Source of the DNA: Aggregatilineales bacterium
GTDB taxonomy: Bacteria > Chloroflexota > Anaerolineae > Aggregatilineales > Phototrophicaceae
Direction of reading: 5' to 3'
DNA length: 64,000 nucleotides
NCBI GenBank assembly: GCA_046719065.1
Contig: JBDNDP010000015.1
Coordinates: 9,616-73,615 of the forward strand
A program made the translations under genes and the position numbers. The notes under the pieces were generated by a model, which was not told the DNA's origin, did not search any database, and worked only from the letters and a program-made list of their open reading frames with translations. The stretch's first letter is position 1. Each line of letters begins with the position of its first letter. Below are positions 45,674 to 55,417 of this stretch, piece after piece.

Positions 45674-46995
45674 ACCCAATCGCACAGGATATGCGGCGCG
45701 ATTTTGCCAGTCGCGGGGATTTAGTCGCCTATCTGCGCGAGCAGTTCCCTGTGGCCGCAGCGGTCGACGATCATGTCTCGATGATGCGCGGTGGTCGCCG
45801 CGTTGCCCTCGCTGCTCTCGATCGCATTCAGCCAGCGCGCTATGCTGCCACACGCAATTCGCTCAATGGTGCGGTCTCGCGCCTTTCGCCATATATCCGG
45901 CATGGTGTGCTGTCCCTCGCGGAAGTGCGCGATGCTGCTTTGCGCAAGGTCAATCGCCGTCGTGATGTTGAAAAATTCATCAACGAGCTTGGATGGCGCG
46001 ATTACTGGCAGCGGCTTTATCTCGAATTGGGGGATGGTATTTGGCATGATCGCGAGGCTTACAAGACGGGCTGGCAAGCTGGTGATTATCAAGATCGTTT
46101 GCCTGACGACATTGCTTCTGGGACTACTGGCCTTACCTGCATCGATGCATTTAGCGAAGAACTGCGCACAACGGGCTATTTGCACAACCATGCTCGCATG
46201 TGGATGGCGTCTTACATTGTTCACTGGCGGCGCGTTCGCTGGCAGGCCGGAGCGCGCTGGTTCCTCACGCATCTGCTCGATGGCGATCCAGCCAGCAATA
46301 ACCTGAGCTGGCAGTGGGTTGCTAGTACGTTCAGCCATAAGCCGTATATCTTCAACCGAGAAAATCTCGATCGTTACAGTGACGGGCGTTACTGCCGCAT
46401 TTGCCCGGCGCGTGGGCGCTGTCCGTTTGAAGGAACTTATGAAGATCTTCAGGCCCGTTTATTCCGCCCGATTTCCGCTCAAGTGGAGCCAGCTAAGCGC
46501 GCCCACAATTTTCGTTTCCCAGTGGGGCGGCAGTTACCGGGAACGACCTCGCGCAGGGATGAGGAAGGGAAGGCGGTGGTGTGGGTACATGGCGATGCGC
46601 TAAGTCCCGAAAACCCCGCGCTGCAAGCCGAGCCTGCGATGCCAGCCATTTTCGTTTGGGATGAGGAGCTGCTGCGCTCGCAGGCGATCAGTTTGAAGCG
46701 AGTCGTATTCATCTATGAGTGCCTGCTCGAGCTACCGGTGACGATTCGGCGTGGCGATGTCGCGCAGCAGGTGGCTGCTTTTGCGCGTGAACATGGCGCT
46801 GGGCGTGTTTGTACCTCCTCCAGCCCGGCACCGCGCTTTCATCAAATCGCCGCGCGTCTTGATCAGCAGTTCGCAGTTAAGATCTATCCGCAGGCGCCTT
46901 TTTTCGATTACGATCGCCCGCTCGATCTGCGCCGCTTCTCTCGTTATTGGCAGGTCGCGCAGCGCTACGTATTTGATGAAACGAACACAACGTAA
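45670..46995 (+). CDS. Photolyase with inverted domain order (FAD domain first, alpha/beta domain last)
   Basis: [34 protein letters not shown], then [21 protein letters not shown]. Confidence 0.85.
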   Translation: MNPIAQDMRRDFASRGDLVAYLREQFPVAAAVDDHVSMMRGGRRVALAALDRIQPARYAATRNSLNGAVSRLSPYIRHGVLSLAEVRDAALRKVNRRRDVEKFINELGWRDYWQRLYLELGDGIWHDREAYKTGWQAGDYQDRLPDDIASGTTGLTCIDAFSEELRTTGYLHNHARMWMASYIVHWRRVRWQAGARWFLTHLLDGDPASNNLSWQWVASTFSHKPYIFNRENLDRYSDGRYCRICPARGRCPFEGTYEDLQARLFRPISAQVEPAKRAHNFRFPVGRQLPGTTSRRDEEGKAVVWVHGDALSPENPALQAEPAMPAIFVWDEELLRSQAISLKRVVFIYECLLELPVTIRRGDVAQQVAAFAREHGAGRVCTSSSPAPRFHQIAARLDQQFAVKIYPQAPFFDYDRPLDLRRFSRYWQVAQRYVFDETNTT

Positions 46996-47077
46996 CAAAT
47001 GTCACTGACCATTTTTCTTATTAGGGTTATACTTATTTTGTAAACGCCTTTAAGCTCGTCAGTAATGGGAGTTAAAA

Positions 47078-48130
47078 ATGAGCGACGTTCAAAGCCAAAT
47101 TATGGCGGCGTTGAGCACCGTCATTGAACCTGAGTTGCATCGCGATATCGTCTCGCTGAATATGGTGCGCGATTTGGTCGTTGAAGGGGAGACGGCTAAG
47201 TTTACCATTGTGCTGACGACCCCGGCCTGCCCTTTGAAAAATGTCTTTCAAGAGCGCTGCAATGCCGCTGTAATTGGCACCGTGCCCGGTATAGAGCGGC
47301 TTGAAATTCGTTGGGATGCGCAAGTGCCGACCGATCGACGCATCCTCGGTCGCCTCGAAGTGCCAATGCGCAGCATCATCGCGGTGGCAAGCGGCAAAGG
47401 GGGGGTTGGCAAAAGCACCGTTTCGACCAATCTGGCGATCGCACTCGCAGAAGCAGGAGCGCGGGTTGGCCTCATCGACGCCGATATCCTTAACCCTAAT
47501 ATTCCGATGATGATCGGGGTTGAAACCGGGAGGCCGCGCGTTGAGGGCGACAAAATGATCCCGATCGAGGCATATGGCGTTAAGGTCATTAGCACCGGTT
47601 TCTTGATCGATCCCAGTAAACCAATGATTATGCGCGGCCCGATGCTGCACAGCGCGATCCGCCAATTCTTCACGGACGTGAAATGGGGCGAATTGGACTA
47701 CATGATCGTCGATCTGCCGCCCGGCACGGGCGACGCGCCGCTGTCGCTGGCGCAGTCGTTTCCGCTCACCGGGGCGGTGATCGTCACCCAACCGCAAGAA
47801 GTGGCCGTCTCCGACGCGCTTCGCAGCATGGCCATGTTTGACCAACTCAATGTGCCAGTCCTCGGCATTGTCGAAAATATGGCGGGCGATTTCTTCGGAA
47901 CGGGCGGCGGCGAACGGCTGGCGCAGCAGCGTCAGGTGCCGTTTCTTGGCCGTATTCCCCTCGATGCTGAAGTGCGAATCAGTGGGGACTACGGTCGCCC
48001 GATCATCGTCAGTGCGCCGAACTCTCCTGCTGCTCGGGCGCTGGTCGAAATGTCGCAGGCCGTGGCCGCTCGTGCCAGCCTTGTTATGCTGCAAAGCGCC
48101 GATGTCATCCCGCTCAACATCATCGGCTAG
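47078..48130 (+). CDS. mrp: Mrp/ApbC/NBP35 Fe-S carrier ATPase
   Basis: TTPACP N-terminal domain, [23 protein letters not shown]. Confidence 0.93.
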   Translation: MSDVQSQIMAALSTVIEPELHRDIVSLNMVRDLVVEGETAKFTIVLTTPACPLKNVFQERCNAAVIGTVPGIERLEIRWDAQVPTDRRILGRLEVPMRSIIAVASGKGGVGKSTVSTNLAIALAEAGARVGLIDADILNPNIPMMIGVETGRPRVEGDKMIPIEAYGVKVISTGFLIDPSKPMIMRGPMLHSAIRQFFTDVKWGELDYMIVDLPPGTGDAPLSLAQSFPLTGAVIVTQPQEVAVSDALRSMAMFDQLNVPVLGIVENMAGDFFGTGGGERLAQQRQVPFLGRIPLDAEVRISGDYGRPIIVSAPNSPAARALVEMSQAVAARASLVMLQSADVIPLNIIG

Positions 48131-48153
48131 AAAGCGCATCAGCCTTTTTATGA

Positions 48154-48191
48154 ACAGCGCGCGATTTGTTAACCGCGCGCTGTAATTTTTT
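48154..48191. terminator. Hairpin terminator between convergent genes
   Basis: ACAGCGCGCG...CGCGCGCTGT followed by AATTTTTT. Confidence 0.6.
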
Positions 48192-48208
48192 GCCGGCGCA
48201 GCCTGCGT

Positions 48209-48487
48209 TTAATCATCCATCCCGATCACTTGAATCCTGTCGCTGCTGCCGACGGGATTGTAGCGGCCGATGAACAGCCAGAAGAAAAAGTTAAGCAGGA
48301 AGGCGGTGATAAAAGCGACCCAGCCTTCAGTATGCACATCGCGGAACCAAACATAACGGCGGATTAGCTCAAGCGCGATCAGCGTGATCAGCGTGACGAC
48401 TAGGCGCTTTTTTGCCTCAGTTCGCTGAATGAAGAACATGAGCAGGCCGAAAATAACGATCAATAAAGCTGTGATTCCGAGATCCAT
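48209..48487 (-). CDS. Small 3-TM hypothetical membrane protein
   Basis: 92-aa ORF with three hydrophobic segments, filling an intergenic gap. Confidence 0.7.
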   Translation of the reverse strand: MDLGITALLIVIFGLLMFFIQRTEAKKRLVVTLITLIALELIRRYVWFRDVHTEGWVAFITAFLLNFFFWLFIGRYNPVGSSDRIQVIGMDD

Positions 48488-48564
48488 CTTCGCTCAACCG
48501 CGCAGTCTGTGTTTGCGCAACTGTACTAAGCTTAAGACAGACAGGTGAGATTTCGCTGAGTATC

Positions 48565-50196
48565 TCATGGAATTGACGTCCCAGCAGCGCGCCACGCATT
48601 GATGTCATCGAGGTTCACCTGCCCGTAAGGTGGCGAAAAATCCTCACAATCGCGCGCAGTATCTGGAATATCGGTGCGCGGCGCGATCAATGGACTTTCA
48701 GGACTAAAGAAATTCCACGCTGCTCGCGAGATGCCCTCGATCAAAGGCCACGCGCGTGTATAACTGAAGAATTCTGTGTTTTCCCACACGTACACCGCGA
48801 TCACATAATTACGACCATTGGGCGGGAAAACGATGCCGGCATCGCCATGGACATTGTGGAGCCAGCCGTTTTTATGGGCGATCGGTGTGCCGGGCGGGAT
48901 GCCCGCTTGCAGCAGCCGTTCCAGATCGTTGGCCGCCATCAGGTTGAGCATTTGCCGGCACTCATTTTGCGTAAATTCACCATTGGGATAAGCCGCCATC
49001 AATCCAGAGCCGTAGTAAGCGCAGTCATAGATCATGGTCAGCATAGTGCCGAGGTCTTCTGTTGTCGTCTGGTTATATGGGTCGGCGCCGGTGTTGAAAT
49101 TCGGATTGGGCGAAGTGCGCGGCGCCGGGATCGAGCCAAGAACCTGATCTCCCCCTAGATAGAGCGGAGCGGAAATATACGTGTTGCGCGCGCCGATGTA
49201 CTGCATCGTGTTCGTCACCTGCGCGATGCCGGCGAATAGATTATCGCGCCCAATGATTTGCATGATCAAATTGGACGAACTGTTGTTGCTGCACAGCAGC
49301 GACTGCACCATCAAGAAGGCGTAGTCGTCGTTGGGTTGAAACAGCAGATCGCGGTAGAAGTCGATCAAGATGCCCATTTTGATCGTGCTCGCGGCCGAGA
49401 AAGCCACATCGCTTAAGATGTGAACTTCATCGCCAGTCTGCAAATCCATGATGAAGACTGAGGCGACCGTCGATTGGCCATCATAGATGAAGCCTTGCGA
49501 GTCGAGATAAGCGATGATTAGCTCGCGCAGGGCGCGAATATCGGGCCGGCTGGCATCAGTGCCAGTGACTGGCAGCACAACCTGCCGGTCGGTCGGGCTG
49601 CGTAGGGCGCGGTCGATCAGCGGGAGCGCGCGTTCGATGTCAAGCGTGAAGCCCATTGCCCCCGGTCGTATCGTCAGCGTTTGCACATCAAAATCGGCTG
49701 GCCCCGGCGGGCGATCATAGCGCGCTGCGATGTCTTGTAGGATGCGCTCAAGCTGCGTTTCTTGATAAGTGGCCGAAAGCTCAATATTGAGCGCTTCCCG
49801 GCTTTCAACGCCGGTGAGGTGGTTGAAGAAGCGCGGCCAAAACGAGGCTTCATTTACGCTGGCGGCGCGGGCAGCCGCCAGCATCGATTCGCGGTTGGTC
49901 TGAAATCCTATCGCTGCAGGGTCGAGCAAAATAGGGCTCGAGTCATACCAGAGCACAAGCGGCTGTGCGAAGATCTGTTCCCAACGAGCAACGGCTTCCG
50001 CTGGCGATAATCCGCCCACGTTCACGCCCGCGACGGTAACGTCTGCGGATATGGTATCGGCTTGCTGGCTAAAGCGGATTAACTCAAACGAGAATAATCC
50101 TGCCGAAAGAAAGATAAACAGCCAAGCCATGAGAGGCACAAGCGGAAACCGGCGCGAACGCTTGCGAGTCCCGAGACCGGTCAGTCCTGTGGCCAT
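48565..50196 (-). CDS. Membrane-anchored class-A beta-lactamase-like serine hydrolase with N-terminal VanW/PG-binding-like region
   Basis: N-terminal TM; V.VAGVNVGGLS..EA; ASTIK (SxxK), SNN (SxN), HKNG (KTG-like). Confidence 0.8.
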   Translation of the reverse strand: MATGLTGLGTRKRSRRFPLVPLMAWLFIFLSAGLFSFELIRFSQQADTISADVTVAGVNVGGLSPAEAVARWEQIFAQPLVLWYDSSPILLDPAAIGFQTNRESMLAAARAASVNEASFWPRFFNHLTGVESREALNIELSATYQETQLERILQDIAARYDRPPGPADFDVQTLTIRPGAMGFTLDIERALPLIDRALRSPTDRQVVLPVTGTDASRPDIRALRELIIAYLDSQGFIYDGQSTVASVFIMDLQTGDEVHILSDVAFSAASTIKMGILIDFYRDLLFQPNDDYAFLMVQSLLCSNNSSSNLIMQIIGRDNLFAGIAQVTNTMQYIGARNTYISAPLYLGGDQVLGSIPAPRTSPNPNFNTGADPYNQTTTEDLGTMLTMIYDCAYYGSGLMAAYPNGEFTQNECRQMLNLMAANDLERLLQAGIPPGTPIAHKNGWLHNVHGDAGIVFPPNGRNYVIAVYVWENTEFFSYTRAWPLIEGISRAAWNFFSPESPLIAPRTDIPDTARDCEDFSPPYGQVNLDDINAWRAAGTSIP

Positions 50197-50420
50197 AATG
50201 CTCCTAACACAAATAACGCAGTTGAGACTTTCAAACGAACGAGGGACACCCGACGAAGAATAGATAGTGTCGACATAGTGTTGAGTCTAACGGCGGAGCA
50301 CCTTGACGTCAACGGCTGAAGCCCTACGCTCGGGCACTGGGGTTAGGCGTACCGCTAGGTGTGGGAAAAAATGATCATGGTATACTGTTATTGCAAGATT
50401 CTATCTTTAGGTGGGCCGCC

Positions 50421-53400
50421 GTGAACGCACCCGTCGATTTCATCAATTTGCTCGTTCGCCCGCCGGGTGACCTTTTCTACTATCTCGCCGTATTTGGCCT
50501 CAGTCAAGTGGCCTTGTTCATGGCTTTAGGCCAGCGCATGCGTCGCAAGCGCGAGCGGCCGCCTCAGCGCTATACAACGGCTGCGGTTGGTGCAGTGATC
50601 GTTTGGGCGTTGCTGATGCTTGGGGCTATGGTAGCACTGCTTGCTAACCAGAGCGCGAATGTCATCTTACCGCCCACGGAACGGTTGGCTCATGTCGTCA
50701 CGACGCTGCTGATGGGGTGGGCATTTTTGACCGCCGACAGCGCGCGTTGGGATCGCCTTTCGCGCTGGTTGCTGCCTGCTCTACTCAGTTTAGTCATCAT
50801 CGGTTTTATGTTCACGGCGTTAGACTGGGTGGGAGCAGCCGCGAACCAATCATTTGCAACCAGCTCCTATGGCGTCGCGTGGGCTTTTATCCCCGCAGTT
50901 TTTGCTCTCTTGGGAGTGCTGGTCACGCTTGCTTATTTTCGTGAAGTGGTCGATGCGCCGCTGAAAGCTTTATTCTTCGTCCTCATCTTGATCGGTTATG
51001 GCGGTGCGCTGCTTCAGTTTTGGCAGGGGACGCTCGAGGGCGATTACGCTGGCCTGCCTCGCTTGACGTTTCTGACCGCACTTCTTATCGTGCCTGTGGC
51101 GATCTATCGGATGATCATCGCTAGTTTGGACAGCCCTATCTTGCCTCAAGCCGCTCCAGTCTCGGTTGGCGCAAACAGCACAACGATGGCCGCGCCTGAT
51201 GTGGTGCGTGGCGCTGGCGGGGAGCGCGAGTCTGCCCTAATGATGAAGGCGCTCGGCCTGATGCTGGAACAGGCGACGCCTGACAGCATCCCAGATCGGA
51301 TCGTACAGGCTGTGCTGCAAACGGTGAAAGCGGACGTCGGCGCGCTGCTTGTCGTGCAAGATGCCAATTATGCTGATGTAACCCACGGCTTTGATCGGAC
51401 GTTTGACCGGCCGCTAGCCGGTATCTCGCTCAATCTAGCTGACCAGCCGACGCTGGTTAATGCGATTGAACGGCGTTTGCAGCGCCCCCTCTATCCTGAT
51501 CGCAATCCCGAAGAACTGCGCGACTTATATACCCGTCTCGATATCGAAGCGATTGGCCCCACTTATTTTCAGCCGCTCGTCCACGAGCGCGAGCTGCTCG
51601 CCATCTTGCTCGTTGGGCTGCCCTACGCTGGCCGTGAACTGGCCGAGGCCGAGCAAGAGTTGTTAAAGGGCATCGGCATCATTTCAGCAAATTTGCTCGC
51701 TTTGAGCAATGCGGCGCGCGATGCTCGGCTCGAGGCCGAAAGCCGCGTTATTCAGGCGATGATACGAGGCGTCTCGCCAGATGCGATTGACGACGATAGT
51801 TTCATCGCCATCTGGCAGGAACTACAAGGCGAGCTGGAGACCGCGCGCGATCAGATTCAGCAGCTCTCGCGGCAGGTGACCGAGCTGAAATTGGCGCTCG
51901 ATGACGAACGCAGCCGCGTGGCGCAGACGCTCAGCGACACTGCCGAGGGGCAGTCGATCTCTCAACGCATCATTTTGCTCAACGAGGAACACCAGCGCCT
52001 GCTCGAGGAACGAGAGCGATTGGCAGCGCGGCTGCGCGAGGCCGAAACGACCCTTGCCAGCTTAACAACCGACGACAGCGGCGCGATCGTCAAGTCGATG
52101 GTCGATATCTTGCGGCGGGAGAAAGAAGACCTGCTCGCCGAACGCGATCGCCTGCAGGCGCAGCTTCTAACCATGCGCGAGCGCGGTGAGCTGGCTGAGC
52201 CGGACGCTATACAAGATCTACTCGCGCGCATGGCCGAAGAGAAGACGCGCACCGAGGTCGAGCGCGATCGTTTGAGCGCGATGCTGCAAGATATTGAGAC
52301 GCAGCTTAGTGCCCTCGGTGTGCCCGATGGCGCAGCCGGGCTAACTGCCTTGATCACCCAGCTTTACGAGCAGCGTGCTGCGCTGCAATCGCGCAATGAG
52401 GCCCTGCGTCGAGAACGTGATGCGCTGTTGAGCGGGCGTAGCGACGCATCCTTGATCGGAGCGGCAGCCAGCGACCGTCAGATCGAAGCGCTACAGCATG
52501 ATCTTGCGCGGTTGGCCGCCGACCGTGAAGCAGCCACCAAGCAGCGTGATAGGTTGCGAGCAGAGCGCGATGAGCTGCTGGCACGCCTAGAGTCGATGCG
52601 CGAGCAGTACACTCGCTTGCTCGCCGAGGCGACCGCATTTGAACAGGAGCTTACCGAAGCCCATGAGGAACAGCGGCTGCTGCGCGCTCAGATTCAGCAG
52701 TTGGTCGATGAGCGCTCGCGGTTGATGCGTGAGCGCGACCGGCTGATCGCCGAATACAGTGCGATTGGAAGTGAGCGCGAGCAGCTTCTGGCGCGCATTG
52801 AAGGGGATCGCGACCGGCTTCAACAGTTGGGGGAAGATGGCGTTGGTGCTTTAACGGCTATGATCGACGAATTGTCAGCGCAGCGCGGCGCACTAGAACG
52901 TGAACTGGTCGAGACGCGCAATCAGCTTGCGGCGGTCGAGGAGCATCTGGAAGTGATGCGGATTCGAGCTGCAAATGTCCAGCCGCAAGTCGTTTACCGG
53001 CCCGATAATCCTGAAGTGATGCTGGGCATGGTTCAAGAGCTGCGCACACCGATGACCTCGATCATGGGCTATGTGGATTTGATCTTGAACGAGTCGGCCG
53101 GCATCCTCGGGGAGATGCAGCGCAAGTTTATGCAAAGGGTGGCAGCGAACATTCATCGTTTGGAAGCCATGCTTGATGACCTGATCCAGCTTGCGCTGCT
53201 CGATGCTGGACGATATAAACTGAACCCAGAGCAGGTTGATGTGGTTGAATTGATTGAAGATGCCATCACGCGAGCCTCCAACCAACTGCGCGAAAAGGAT
53301 CTTACCGTTCATCTCCATCTTGATGATGAAGCGCCTCTGATTTTGGCAGACCGGGGTGCAATCGATCAGATCATCGGTCAGCTGCTCACCAATGCATACC

Positions 53401-53732
53401 TCGTCTCTCCTGCAGGAAGTGAATTGTACATCTCGGCGCGTGCCGAAATGCTGTCACGTGCGGGTGCCGAGCCTGTTCCCTGTTTGAAACTGTCGGTTGG
53501 AGATCGTGGTGGTGGCATCGGGCCAGAAGATCAACCGCACGTTTTCGCTCGCAAATACAAGGCTGAGAATCCGCTCATTCAGGGGCTGGGTGACACTGGT
53601 GTCGGCCTTGCTATCGCAAAAGCGCTGGTTGAGGCGCATGATGGCGAAATTTGGCTGGAAACAGAAACCGGTGTCGGCACAATTTTTCATGTTGCGCTGC
53701 CTGTGCAGCTCACCCCTGAAGTGGAGCATTAG
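50421..53732 (+). CDS. Multi-TM, GAF-like, long coiled-coil histidine-kinase-like protein with His replaced by Gln
   Basis: About 7 TM segments, long E/R/L/Q heptad region, QELRTPMTSI H-box, LLTNA, DRGGGI, GVGLAI. Start GTG 50421 is inferred. Confidence 0.85.
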   Translation: MNAPVDFINLLVRPPGDLFYYLAVFGLSQVALFMALGQRMRRKRERPPQRYTTAAVGAVIVWALLMLGAMVALLANQSANVILPPTERLAHVVTTLLMGWAFLTADSARWDRLSRWLLPALLSLVIIGFMFTALDWVGAAANQSFATSSYGVAWAFIPAVFALLGVLVTLAYFREVVDAPLKALFFVLILIGYGGALLQFWQGTLEGDYAGLPRLTFLTALLIVPVAIYRMIIASLDSPILPQAAPVSVGANSTTMAAPDVVRGAGGERESALMMKALGLMLEQATPDSIPDRIVQAVLQTVKADVGALLVVQDANYADVTHGFDRTFDRPLAGISLNLADQPTLVNAIERRLQRPLYPDRNPEELRDLYTRLDIEAIGPTYFQPLVHERELLAILLVGLPYAGRELAEAEQELLKGIGIISANLLALSNAARDARLEAESRVIQAMIRGVSPDAIDDDSFIAIWQELQGELETARDQIQQLSRQVTELKLALDDERSRVAQTLSDTAEGQSISQRIILLNEEHQRLLEERERLAARLREAETTLASLTTDDSGAIVKSMVDILRREKEDLLAERDRLQAQLLTMRERGELAEPDAIQDLLARMAEEKTRTEVERDRLSAMLQDIETQLSALGVPDGAAGLTALITQLYEQRAALQSRNEALRRERDALLSGRSDASLIGAAASDRQIEALQHDLARLAADREAATKQRDRLRAERDELLARLESMREQYTRLLAEATAFEQELTEAHEEQRLLRAQIQQLVDERSRLMRERDRLIAEYSAIGSEREQLLARIEGDRDRLQQLGEDGVGALTAMIDELSAQRGALERELVETRNQLAAVEEHLEVMRIRAANVQPQVVYRPDNPEVMLGMVQELRTPMTSIMGYVDLILNESAGILGEMQRKFMQRVAANIHRLEAMLDDLIQLALLDAGRYKLNPEQVDVVELIEDAITRASNQLREKDLTVHLHLDDEAPLILADRGAIDQIIGQLLTNAYLVSPAGSELYISARAEMLSRAGAEPVPCLKLSVGDRGGGIGPEDQPHVFARKYKAENPLIQGLGDTGVGLAIAKALVEAHDGEIWLETETGVGTIFHVALPVQLTPEVEH

Positions 53733-53735
53733 CGA

Positions 53736-55343
53736 ATGCGTCGTGACTTTGGAAGTGAAATCACTGTCGCGATCGTTGTCGTAGCGGTGCTCGCCTTTGC
53801 GCTGACGTTTGGCATCATCTTGACTCTGTCCACCATCCCGCCGGAACCGTCGTTGACCGATGTTCCTGAAGCCAGCATTGTGCAAGAGGCTACAGGCGAC
53901 GCGGAGAGCATCGACGCCATGTCAACCGCAACCGAGCCGGTGACTCTGGACGAGCCGGTTCCAACCCTTATGCCGCCTACGTTCTCTCCGGAAATGCCAA
54001 GTCCAACGGTTACGCTCACAGCGACTGACACTGCTGTGCCGCCGGGGGAAGTGCCCACGCAGAGCGGTGAATTCTTCAGCGGGGGAACGGCCACGGCGCT
54101 GGCGCAGGCACTGCTGGCAGCCGCGCCCACCGAAACGCCAACCGTCGATGTCGCGGCGACTTTTGCTATACAGGCGACGCGCGTTGTTCAATTTTTGACA
54201 GCAACCGCCGATGCAGCGGCTGCACTCGTGATCGCTAGCTCCGATACCCCGACGCCTTTGCCGACAAACACACCAACGATCACCCTGACATTTCTTCCGA
54301 CTACGACGTCCACATTGACGCCGACGGTGACGAATACCTACACAGTCGTTCCGCCTCTATCTCTAACCGCCACTTTTACGGAAACGGCAGCGCCGACTGA
54401 GGCACCCACGTCCACTTCGACAGCGACGCAGACCTATACCGCTGTTCCGACTGCCACTGCTACTCGTACCGAGACGGCAGCCCCAAGTGCAACCGCCACC
54501 CCTACATCGACGGTCACGCCTACACCGACAGCGACTCTGACACCGACAGCGACCCTTACCGCGACGTGGACGAATACGCCGCTGCCCACCGCTACGCCCA
54601 GCTTGGCCGCTTCGCCCACACTCACATTCACAACAGCGCTTACCGCCACACCCGCATTGACTTGGACTGCATCGCCGACCACGACGCTGACTGCCACGAC
54701 GACGGTTTTGCCGACTTCTACTGAAGCGCCGCTTGAACTGCCGACCGCGATCTTGCTGGAGGCGGAACTGCCGATCCCAACGGTGATCCCGGCTGGAGCT
54801 TTGTACAACTGCCTCCCACCGATAGGCTGGACGCCGCGACAGGTTCAAGCGAGGGAAACTTTGTTCTCCATCGCTAACGACGTGGGGTCAAGCGTTGGTG
54901 AAGTGCTCGCCGCGAGCTGTCTCGAGTATGATCTAGAACTGGCGCCGGGTGATGTCATTTTTGTCCCCTTCACAGCACGTCCGCCGGCTATAACACCGAC
55001 GCTGACGGCGCCAGGCCCACCGCCACCGCCGCCCGTGCTGGGATGCGACGACCCCGGCGCGCAGATCACTGCGCCAGCGCGTGGAGCGAGGGTAAGGGGA
55101 ATCTTTGAGCTTGTGGGCACTGCCAATATGGTCAATTATGCCTATCACTTGATCGAAATTCGACCAAATGCACTCCCTGACTTTGACTTCTATGCGCGCA
55201 TAGAGTCTCCGGTCGCGCTTGGCACTGTGGCCCACATCAACACCCGTTTGTACGGGCCGGGCGCTTATTGGGTTCGTTTGACCGTAGTCGATCGCGCCGG
55301 AAACGCCCTCTCACCCTGCGTGATCCCACTGATCTTCGAATAG
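53736..55343 (+). CDS. Membrane-anchored Thr/Pro-rich LysM surface protein
   Basis: N-terminal TM, TPTAT-type low-complexity stalk, VQARETLFSIA..LAPGDVIFVP LysM, beta-rich C-terminal domain. Confidence 0.8.
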   Translation: MRRDFGSEITVAIVVVAVLAFALTFGIILTLSTIPPEPSLTDVPEASIVQEATGDAESIDAMSTATEPVTLDEPVPTLMPPTFSPEMPSPTVTLTATDTAVPPGEVPTQSGEFFSGGTATALAQALLAAAPTETPTVDVAATFAIQATRVVQFLTATADAAAALVIASSDTPTPLPTNTPTITLTFLPTTTSTLTPTVTNTYTVVPPLSLTATFTETAAPTEAPTSTSTATQTYTAVPTATATRTETAAPSATATPTSTVTPTPTATLTPTATLTATWTNTPLPTATPSLAASPTLTFTTALTATPALTWTASPTTTLTATTTVLPTSTEAPLELPTAILLEAELPIPTVIPAGALYNCLPPIGWTPRQVQARETLFSIANDVGSSVGEVLAASCLEYDLELAPGDVIFVPFTARPPAITPTLTAPGPPPPPPVLGCDDPGAQITAPARGARVRGIFELVGTANMVNYAYHLIEIRPNALPDFDFYARIESPVALGTVAHINTRLYGPGAYWVRLTVVDRAGNALSPCVIPLIFE

Positions 55344-55417
55344 GGCATTAAACTGGTCTAAGGGCTGTGCTACACTTGCGCCTGAGTTGAAGAGATTTTC
55401 GACGTTCAGGAGCGGGA

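Noticed and set aside
47072-48139. Long antisense ORFs (355 aa here; also 23456-24394, 60803-61684, 6038-6706)
   Set aside because: Shadow frames of well-supported genes in GC-rich DNA, with no recognisable motifs.
48565-50196. Antibiotic-resistance beta-lactamase
   Set aside because: Membrane anchor, long N-terminal PG-binding-like region and envelope-gene context suggest a housekeeping PBP-like hydrolase; resistance cannot be supported.
54240-54730. Tandem DNA repeat or CRISPR-like array
   Set aside because: Degenerate Thr/Pro/Ala codon repeats inside a CDS; no constant repeat-spacer structure and no cas genes.
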